Assembly: GCA_934613415.1 (NCBI GenBank)
Contig: CAKTSY010000001.1
Coordinates: forward strand, 360,001-392,000
Source of the DNA: an uncultured Opitutales bacterium
GTDB lineage: Bacteria; Verrucomicrobiota; Verrucomicrobiia; Opitutales; Intestinicryptomonadaceae
Reading direction: 5' to 3'
DNA length: 32,000 bases
Within the stretch, counting starts at the first letter, position 1. Each line of letters begins with the position of its first letter. Shown piece by piece: positions 25,522-32,000 of this stretch. A program made the translations under genes and the position numbers. The notes under the pieces were generated by a model, which had not been told where the DNA came from, did no database searches, and was given only the letters and a program-made list of their open reading frames with translations.

Positions 25522-27543
25522 CTACATACCCGAGCCCATCGCACCGCCGAACTGCGTTATATCTATGGCGGAATACGGGTTGTTGTATCTTGTAAGCAAG
25601 TCGGTGTGCAAAATATTTATAATGTTGTAGTCTTTTATGCCTTCCGAAACGTATTGCGCCATGGCTTTTCTTAGATTTATTTGGTAGCGCAAGGCGTCTC
25701 TATAAACGCTGTAATAGCGGTCTACATCTACGGGGCTTAGCATATTGCGCTTAAGCTCCATCAATACGTCTAGCATATAGCTGCGGTAGCATTTTGCATA
25801 CATTTCTTTCGACATCTTGCGCTTTAATAAGTCTATTGAATGCTTTTCGGCAATCGCGCCAAGCGCGCCGCTTCGCATTGCATAGCCGTATAGGTTGCGC
25901 TTAAAGAAAACAAGAAAGTCGTTGTTTAAATCGGTATAGCGGCGTATTTCGGTTTTCTGGCGTTGAAGTTCCTGAATACTGAATTTGCTCCACTCTTTAA
26001 GGTTGTTAAGCCTTAAAAAGTCTATTGTACCGAACGGCTTTTCGGATTTTAACGAAGCGTCGAACTGCCTTACCAACGTATCGTAGTCGGGCAAATCCAT
26101 ATCTTCGTGCCCAATAATAGAGCCAGTTTTGCCCGAATAGTCTATAACGCCCGAGTTGTAGCGGTTTACCGCCATAGATATAACCGTCATATTTTCGGGG
26201 TCTATTATAACCGACTGCGAAATGCCGGGAACAGTTTGCGACACTGTTGCCATAAATTTTGTGCCGTCGCGGCTTATGGGCTTTACGGAAACGTCGCGTT
26301 CAAAGCGCGGAATTTTGCCGAACACAAGGTTAAAATATTTGTCGTCTTCCGAGAATATGCGCACATAGCCAACTTTAATTGCACCCGAATCGTGCGAAAC
26401 TAGGCACAAATCTTTTTCGGCATCGGGCGAAAACTTTTCCATAATCTTAAGCGGAATAAACGCCTTGTCGAGATTGTCTGGGATAAGCGCAATTAACGGA
26501 TAGTTTTTTGAAATCAACGCCCTAGAACACACAATTTCGCCCAAGCTATTCGATATTTTTACGGGAAGGTTGCCCTCTAAAAATTCCTGCGTGCATAAAA
26601 TTACGGGGTGTTCGCCTATTTTTGTAAGAACAGCCGTATACACGGTTTCAAGTTTGCCGCGCTTGGTAAATATTGATGTTTGAAAAATATTTTCTATCTT
26701 TTTCGAATAGCTTGCGTCTACAAGCGTTTCGTTTTCGTGCAGGCGCAAATTGCCGCGTTTTATTTTTTCGGCCTTAATTTGCGAGCGTATTTGCCTATCG
26801 TTTGCAATAATTTCCTGAATACCCGTCTCAAATTCGGCAAGCTGTTTTTCGTATTGATTGGGGTATTTTGTTTTTACAAAATCGCGCAAAGAATCGAAGT
26901 CGTTTTTAAGCGACGCCCTTGGAGCATTTATAGATTCAAGCCTACGGGCGGCGTTAATCTGCGTTTCCATATACGATTTTGCGTTAGAGGCAATGCCCTT
27001 GCTGTTTTCTATCGCGCGTTTTTTCAGCTGCGCAAGCTCGTCTTTTGTAAGCACTTTTTTGCTGTCTAAATCCCTCGACAAAAACGACGCCCATTCCGAA
27101 AAGTTGCTTTCCATCTTAAAAAAGTCGTCTTTGTAAAATTTCTCCAAAACCGAAATGGTTTCGTTATAGACTTCTTTGGGATACGACAATTTGTATTCGT
27201 TTAAATTTGCGCACGAAAGCGTTTGGGCAAAAAGCCAGTTTTTGCGTTCCACAAAGTCGTCGGCAAATTTAGATTCTGCCTGTTCCAAAATTTTTGCATA
27301 GGTTGCGGCGGGCAGGTTTATTTGCGCAGTTTGAATTTCGTTGTAGGCGCAAACCTGTTTTTCTATATACTGCTTTTTATGCGCGGACGAATTTGCGAAA
27401 TATTTTTGCGCGTTGTCGATTATGGTTTTTGCAACGCCTTCGGGAATGTTGGCAAACAAATTTTCTTCGGGCGACTTTTGTTTTGTGCAGGAAACCGCAA
27501 AAAACAAAGTTGCAACAAAAAGCGTATATGCAAAAATTTTCAT
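25522..27543 (-). CDS. Large putative lipoprotein, function unknown
   Basis: Signal peptide ending in the lipobox-like AVSC (MKIFAYTLFVATLFFAVSC). 673 aa with no motif I recognise. Helical N- and C-terminal thirds flank a beta-rich middle. Its ATG is 1 nt after the pdxA stop. Confidence 0.6.
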   Translation of the reverse strand: MKIFAYTLFVATLFFAVSCTKQKSPEENLFANIPEGVAKTIIDNAQKYFANSSAHKKQYIEKQVCAYNEIQTAQINLPAATYAKILEQAESKFADDFVERKNWLFAQTLSCANLNEYKLSYPKEVYNETISVLEKFYKDDFFKMESNFSEWASFLSRDLDSKKVLTKDELAQLKKRAIENSKGIASNAKSYMETQINAARRLESINAPRASLKNDFDSLRDFVKTKYPNQYEKQLAEFETGIQEIIANDRQIRSQIKAEKIKRGNLRLHENETLVDASYSKKIENIFQTSIFTKRGKLETVYTAVLTKIGEHPVILCTQEFLEGNLPVKISNSLGEIVCSRALISKNYPLIALIPDNLDKAFIPLKIMEKFSPDAEKDLCLVSHDSGAIKVGYVRIFSEDDKYFNLVFGKIPRFERDVSVKPISRDGTKFMATVSQTVPGISQSVIIDPENMTVISMAVNRYNSGVIDYSGKTGSIIGHEDMDLPDYDTLVRQFDASLKSEKPFGTIDFLRLNNLKEWSKFSIQELQRQKTEIRRYTDLNNDFLVFFKRNLYGYAMRSGALGAIAEKHSIDLLKRKMSKEMYAKCYRSYMLDVLMELKRNMLSPVDVDRYYSVYRDALRYQINLRKAMAQYVSEGIKDYNIINILHTDLLTRYNNPYSAIDITQFGGAMGSGM

Positions 27544-27544
27544 T

Positions 27545-28453
27545 TTATTTTCTTGTTACCAATTTTAAAGCAACGTTAACTGCCGCGGCAAAACTTTTGC
27601 AGCTTGCAATATTTTTGCCGGCAATGTCAAAACCAGTTCCGTGATCGGGGCTAGTTCTCACAAACTCCAACCCCATCGAAACGTTTACCGCACTGTCGAA
27701 TTCCAACGCCTTTAAGGGAGCCAACCCTTGGTCGTGATACATCGAAACAATGCCGTCGAACTCGCCTTTTAGCGCGCGCATAAAAACCGTGTCGGGCGGA
27801 AGAGCCGAGGAAATATTCGGGTATTTTTTGCGCAATTCGTTTAGGGCTGGGTTTATTATTTCAATTTCTTCGCTTCCTAAAATTCCGTTTTCGCCCGCAT
27901 GGGGGTTTAGGCCGCAAACCGCAATTTTTGGGGTTTGTTTTTCGCGCAAAGCCCAGCACATTTCGTTCAGGCAATTTGTTGCCCTTTCTATTTTGTCGAA
28001 GCTTAACGCTTTAGAAACCGCCGAAAGCGGAATGTGCCAAGTGGCAAGGGCAAGCAAAATTTTTTCGCCCGCAAAACACATAACGGCGCGCCCGCTCCAC
28101 TTAGACTCAAAAAATTCGGTTTGACCCACAAAGTTGTAGCCTGCATTTACCATTTCTGCCTTCGAAACGGGGGCTGTAACAACCGCGCAATATTCGCCGT
28201 TTTTGCAGCCATATGCCGCTTCTTCCAACGCATTATGGGCAAGAATTGCCCCGTTTTTGCAGGGGCTGCCAAGCGCAAAAACTTCGCTGGAAATTTCCCT
28301 TTTGCCAATGTAGCTTGGCAACAAATCCAAAAGTTGGGCGTTGCCAATAACCTCGCAATTTTTGGCAAGCTGCGGGTTTTCGTTTGCCCATTTTAAAATT
28401 ATTTCGGGGCCTACGCCGCTGGGGTCGCCTATGGTTATGGCAAGCTTTTTCAT
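27545..28453 (-). CDS. pdxA: 4-hydroxythreonine-4-phosphate dehydrogenase
   Basis: MKKLAITIGDPSGVGPEIILK, GLNPHAGENGILGSEE, MYHDQGL and RTSPDHGT motifs. Confidence 0.9.
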   Translation of the reverse strand: MKKLAITIGDPSGVGPEIILKWANENPQLAKNCEVIGNAQLLDLLPSYIGKREISSEVFALGSPCKNGAILAHNALEEAAYGCKNGEYCAVVTAPVSKAEMVNAGYNFVGQTEFFESKWSGRAVMCFAGEKILLALATWHIPLSAVSKALSFDKIERATNCLNEMCWALREKQTPKIAVCGLNPHAGENGILGSEEIEIINPALNELRKKYPNISSALPPDTVFMRALKGEFDGIVSMYHDQGLAPLKALEFDSAVNVSMGLEFVRTSPDHGTGFDIAGKNIASCKSFAAAVNVALKLVTRK

Positions 28454-28454
28454 T

Positions 28455-29240
28455 TTATTTTAAACCGTGCTGGGCAATGGGCCTTTCGCCATTTTCGAGA
28501 ATGAAATTTAAAAAGTTTTCGCCTTCGGGCGTTTTTGCCATGCCAAGTTTTTTTGCCTCTTGGGCGTTTGCCTTAATAGACTTGCTCTTTACAAAAATAA
28601 AAGTGTATAGCTCTTTTAAGTTTGCAATAGAAGCCCTTGGGCAACCCCTGCGCATAAGGCCAATAAGGTTAAGCCCCCTAACCGTATTGCGCAGTGTACC
28701 ATTTACATAGGGCGGCACGTTTTCGGAAAACGCGCTGTTGCCGCTAAGCATTGCGCCCTCGCCTATTTTGCAGTTTTGGTGAACCATAACGCCGCCGCTT
28801 ACAAAGGTGTTTTTGCCTATTTTTGCATGCCCGCCAATGGCGGCAAAGCAGGCAATAATAACGTTGTCGGAAATTTGGCAGTCGTGGGCAACGTGCGAAT
28901 TTGCCATAAAAAGGCAGTTTTTGCCAATTCTGGTAAATTCGTTGGGCTTTGTTGCTCTGTGCACTGTAGAGCCTTCGCGTATTACCGAATTTTCGCCTAT
29001 AATTGCACCGCTTACGGTTGCCGTGTCAAAATGCAGGTCTTGCGGGTCGCCGCCTATTGTAGTAAAGCTGCATATGCGGCAGTTGTTTTCCACAATGCTG
29101 TGGCTGCAAATTTTTGCGTGCTCTTCAACAACAACGTCTTCGCCAATAACAACGTTGCTGCCTATTATTGCGTAGGCGCCAATTTTTGCGCTTTCGGCTA
29201 TTTTTGTGTTTTCACCAATTATTGCGGTAGAGTGTATCAT
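28455..29240 (-). CDS. lpxA: Acyl-ACP--UDP-N-acetylglucosamine O-acyltransferase
   Basis: Hexapeptide-repeat left-handed beta-helix from residue 1 (MIHSTAIIGENTKIAESAKIGAYAIIGSNVVIGEDV). LpxA-type helical C-terminal domain (GLNLIGLMRRGCPRASIANLKELY). 261 aa. Confidence 0.85.
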   Translation of the reverse strand: MIHSTAIIGENTKIAESAKIGAYAIIGSNVVIGEDVVVEEHAKICSHSIVENNCRICSFTTIGGDPQDLHFDTATVSGAIIGENSVIREGSTVHRATKPNEFTRIGKNCLFMANSHVAHDCQISDNVIIACFAAIGGHAKIGKNTFVSGGVMVHQNCKIGEGAMLSGNSAFSENVPPYVNGTLRNTVRGLNLIGLMRRGCPRASIANLKELYTFIFVKSKSIKANAQEAKKLGMAKTPEGENFLNFILENGERPIAQHGLK

Positions 29241-29252
29241 ACAATTAAAATT

Positions 29253-30905
29253 CTATTTGTTTTGTGTTTGGGTTGCGGCCTGCACAAGCAAAGTACGCTT
29301 GTAGGGGCGAACGAACGAAATTTTTAAAACCGCCGTAAACATAATGCCAAACAAGGTTGAAGTGTAGCCCGCCATAAGGCCTGCGTCTACCCAGTTTAGG
29401 CTAAGCATTATAAGCGAAAGAACCGTGCCCGCCAAACCGACATATAGGCCTAGGTCGAACAGGTTTTCCTCGTTGTTTAAAAGCTCTATTTTTAGCGATG
29501 CTGGAGCGTTTAATTTTTTTACCGCCGCAATTTTAATCAGGCTCATTACAAATATGGTAAACTGCAAAAGCAGAAATACCGAAACCGACACTATAGTTGG
29601 CATATCAAGTTTGAAGTCCATAACCGATTTTACTTTGTTAGAATTTATTATGTTTGAAAATGCAAATTTTATTTCGGGAGATTTTTGCGCCCCAAAGCTT
29701 ATGTCGAAAACCGCGGGCTCTACCGCCAAAATTATAAGCATTGCGACAATGCTTGCCGTAAACAAATTGCGCCAAACAAACAATGCGCCGTTTGGCGTTT
29801 TGCCAGAAAAAAGCCCGCGAACAGACGAAACAATTACATAAGAGCCAAATAGCGCAAGCGCAAATTTTAGCAGCTTTGAAATTGCGGGGAACTCCGCACA
29901 AAACGCCCCCATTTGAACCGAATTTTCAATCTGCCAAATATCGAGAGCTTGCAGGCATTTGGGCATTTTGTGTATGGGCTTGTTGTTTTTCAGCAAAAGC
30001 TCCAAAGCGCCCGCGCCCAAATCGCCGGCATAAATAAAATCGCCAAAGGCATTTTTTTTGCCGTCCGACAAATATTTGCAAACGCCCTTTATGTCTTTGC
30101 ACATAAGCACCGCCGAATACGCCAAGTCGAAAGATTTTGCATCGGGAACATTTTTAAATGCAACGGATAAATCGGCATAGTCTGCCATAGAATCGACTTT
30201 TGAATTAAGCTCGCACAATTCAATCCAGTTAAGCTTTTTTGCAAACGACAACAACCCAACGCAATACGATTCGTACTTAAAGCGCGAAGTGTCGTCGTTT
30301 TTTATGTTGCTTAGCTTTAGGGCAAAGTCTTTTAAAAATTCGGCGTTAAACGAGCCGCTTTGAACGCTTAAAGCCGTTATTGCAACCGCTGCCGAATAGG
30401 GAACGCCAGCCGAAGTGGAAGCCGCAGGCAGCAAAACCGTGTTTAAATTCCGCAATTTTAAAATTTCGCAAACAAGCGGCATTTCGCTTTGCGAAAGGAA
30501 ATCGAAAAACGCGTTTCTTATTTGGGGCGTAGCCAACAGCGCATATACGCTTTGCGGAGTTTCGTCTTTAAGCGAAAATGTTGAATATAACGCCGAAAAG
30601 AAAGTTTCTTCGCCGCCCGCTACGCGCCAAACGCCCTTTTCGCTTAGCATATTTTCGCTTGCAGCTTTCAACGCCTTTGCGCTGGGCGAATTGTCGTATC
30701 TTAATAAGTCTATTGCCAAACTTGGCTTTGCCGTACCCAAATAAAATTCGGCAAGAGTTTTGCGGTTTACCGAATTGTTTGCGCTAAGCAGCTGCGACTG
30801 TGAAATGCCCGAAAAATACGAAGGCACGTTTACCGCCAAAAATATTGCGGCAAAGCCCAACACGGCTTTTAGCGCAGCTATAACGGCTTTGGCAAACGGC
30901 TTCAT
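29253..30905 (-). CDS. Polytopic membrane protein with a MotA/TolQ/ExbB-like C-terminal channel segment and a large N-terminal extracytoplasmic domain
   Basis: One N-terminal TM helix, then about 330 aa of soluble region, then several TM helices. The last two helices read GLYVGLAGTVLSLIML...GLMAGYTSTLFGIMFTAVL, resembling the LGLLGTV.G / TT..G signature of MotA/ExbB proteins. The resemblance is judged by eye only. Confidence 0.45.
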   Translation of the reverse strand: MKPFAKAVIAALKAVLGFAAIFLAVNVPSYFSGISQSQLLSANNSVNRKTLAEFYLGTAKPSLAIDLLRYDNSPSAKALKAASENMLSEKGVWRVAGGEETFFSALYSTFSLKDETPQSVYALLATPQIRNAFFDFLSQSEMPLVCEILKLRNLNTVLLPAASTSAGVPYSAAVAITALSVQSGSFNAEFLKDFALKLSNIKNDDTSRFKYESYCVGLLSFAKKLNWIELCELNSKVDSMADYADLSVAFKNVPDAKSFDLAYSAVLMCKDIKGVCKYLSDGKKNAFGDFIYAGDLGAGALELLLKNNKPIHKMPKCLQALDIWQIENSVQMGAFCAEFPAISKLLKFALALFGSYVIVSSVRGLFSGKTPNGALFVWRNLFTASIVAMLIILAVEPAVFDISFGAQKSPEIKFAFSNIINSNKVKSVMDFKLDMPTIVSVSVFLLLQFTIFVMSLIKIAAVKKLNAPASLKIELLNNEENLFDLGLYVGLAGTVLSLIMLSLNWVDAGLMAGYTSTLFGIMFTAVLKISFVRPYKRTLLVQAATQTQNK

Positions 30906-30923
30906 AAAGAATTTTTTTAAATT

Positions 30924-31694
30924 CTATTCTTTTGGGTTTAAAATTTTAACGCATTCGTCGAACATATGCTTTGTGCAGCACGCCATACAGCCGTGCTTTT
31001 TGTGGTCGTTGCCGCCGCATAAGTCGCCAACTGTTGCCCCTGCGCCCTTTAGGTTTGGCAAAAGCGCCATAATATCCCAAATTTCAAGCTGAGCGTCTAT
31101 CATAACGTGGGCTAGCCCTCTGCACAAAAGCATATAGCCGTAGCAGTCGCCCCACGAGCGCAAGATATAGCACTTCTTTTCCATATCGTACCAGCCTTGG
31201 CGGCTGTGCAAAAAGGGCACTCCCCTTGTGTCGGAAGTTAAAACGGTTGCCTTTGCAATGTCGGTTTCGTGCGAAACTTTTACAGGCTTGCCGTTAAACA
31301 GGCATTCGTTGTTGTCGCCAATCATACGCTGTTTTAAAATGGGCTGGTTTATCATACCCAAAATTGGCTGGTTATTGCGCATTAGGGCAACCAACGTACC
31401 GAACAGCGGAACTTTTGTTATATACGACTTTGTTCCATCTATGGGGTCTAGCACCCAAACATATTCGGCGTCGGTATTTTCGTTGCCGTATTCTTCGCCA
31501 ATAATGCCGTGGTCGGGGAACTTCGCCTTAATGCGTTCCCTAAGCATAAGCTCGGTATTTTTGTCTGTACGGGTAACGGGCGAATGGTCGTTCTTTAAGT
31601 CCCAACTTATATTTTGTTTAAATTCGCCTGCGATATAATTTTCGGTAATATCGCCCAATTCGTTAATAAATTTCTTGAAAATTTCCATTTCCAT
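30924..31694 (-). CDS. Inositol monophosphatase / FBPase-family phosphatase (possibly HisN-like)
   Basis: HGIIGEEYG, WVLDPIDGTKSYI and WDIMALLPNLKGAGA motifs. The start is set at MEMEIFKKF (31694). The track's longer ORF would run into the divergent gene. Confidence 0.8.
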   Translation of the reverse strand: MEMEIFKKFINELGDITENYIAGEFKQNISWDLKNDHSPVTRTDKNTELMLRERIKAKFPDHGIIGEEYGNENTDAEYVWVLDPIDGTKSYITKVPLFGTLVALMRNNQPILGMINQPILKQRMIGDNNECLFNGKPVKVSHETDIAKATVLTSDTRGVPFLHSRQGWYDMEKKCYILRSWGDCYGYMLLCRGLAHVMIDAQLEIWDIMALLPNLKGAGATVGDLCGGNDHKKHGCMACCTKHMFDECVKILNPKE

Positions 31695-31714
31695 ATATGT
31701 TCTTATAGTTGCAA

Positions 31715-32000
31715 ATGACAAAGGATTACGCAAGCGATAAAATACCAATTTTTGCCCTTGATTTCGAGGGTGCAATAGCATGCGGCATTGTGGAATTTGG
31801 CGTTGTAGAAATTAGAGATTGGGAAATTGTTTCGCTTAAAACGTCCCTGTGCGCGCCAAGGCAAAAGGTTGCCCCAAAAACTATGGATATGTGCGGCTTT
31901 TCGGCAAACGAATTAAAGCGCGCGCCCAGGTTTGAAAGCTTTGCAAACGATTTCATACAAATGCGTAAAATAGGCCTTTTTGCCGCCCACAATAAGGGGG
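31715..32000 (+). CDS. DEDD-family (DnaQ-like) 3'-5' exonuclease, 3' end outside the window
   Basis: Hand translation gives MTKDYASDKIPIFALDFEGAIACGIVEFGVVEI...FIQMRKIGLFAAHNKG. DFE is Exo I and AAHN begins Exo II. It is absent from the ORF track because no stop falls in the window. Confidence 0.65.
   Translation, partial: MTKDYASDKIPIFALDFEGAIACGIVEFGVVEIRDWEIVSLKTSLCAPRQKVAPKTMDMCGFSANELKRAPRFESFANDFIQMRKIGLFAAHNKG

Noticed and set aside
29253-30905. The MotA-like 550-aa protein as ZorA of a Zorya anti-phage system.
   Set aside because: No ZorB (MotB/OmpA-like) gene or ZorC/ZorD-type partner is adjacent. The neighbours are lpxA, pdxA and a phosphatase. The MotA-like segment is C-terminal rather than N-terminal.
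31695-31781. Longer version of the IMPase-family ORF starting at 31781.
   Set aside because: It would overlap the divergent exonuclease gene. The extra 29 residues (MLLHPRNQGQKLVFYRL...) look non-protein-like. MEMEIFKKF is a normal family N-terminus.
31726-31992. 88-aa minus-strand ORF at the window end.
   Set aside because: It is an antisense shadow of the plus-strand DEDD exonuclease reading frame, which has recognisable Exo I and Exo II motifs.
1-32000. A scan for CRISPR arrays, tRNA or rRNA genes, IS elements with terminal inverted repeats, and att-like direct repeats around the terminase cassette.
   Set aside because: I found no regularly spaced repeats, cloverleaf-compatible segments, transposase or integrase ORFs, or matching flank repeats by eye. 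A computational repeat and tRNA scan would be needed to exclude short or degenerate ones.

Overview
About 30 genes, mostly chromosomal housekeeping and glycan or sugar metabolism, from a diderm bacterium (lpxA is present, and most starts lack a clear Shine-Dalgarno sequence). I could not assign a species.

Plus strand, 2-8613:
- A family-5 peptide-type ABC binding protein (5' end cut by the window edge) and a single fused DppB+DppC-like permease.
- A tightly packed run: Sel1-repeat protein, birA, coaX, TPR-like protein, small helix-hairpin-helix protein, beta-CASP metallo-beta-lactamase nuclease.

Minus strand, 8710-14969:
- A secreted GH28-like beta-helix hydrolase.
- A four-gene phage-type DNA-packaging cassette.
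- priA.

Remainder of the window:
- hisA.
- An unannotated 33-aa bS22-like basic microprotein gene.
- An ArsB/NhaD-type transporter and a secreted xylose-isomerase-like TIM-barrel protein.
- GH92 alpha-mannosidase.
- A decarboxylase-speE polyamine pair.
- A DMT sugar transporter with rbsK.
- A five-gene minus-strand run: IMPase-family protein, MotA/ExbB-like membrane protein, lpxA, pdxA, 673-aa orphan lipoprotein.
- The 5' end of a DEDD exonuclease gene.

The one clearly accessory element is the packaging cassette at 10231-12635. It encodes a membrane coiled-coil protein, a small winged-helix-like protein, a TerS-position protein and a terminase large subunit whose motifs are intact. No portal, capsid, tail, integrase or transposase gene lies anywhere in the window. 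This is my best candidate for something functionally unusual.

I saw no rRNA, tRNA, CRISPR array or IS element. All calls come from reading the translated ORFs and the sequence by eye. No database search was run.
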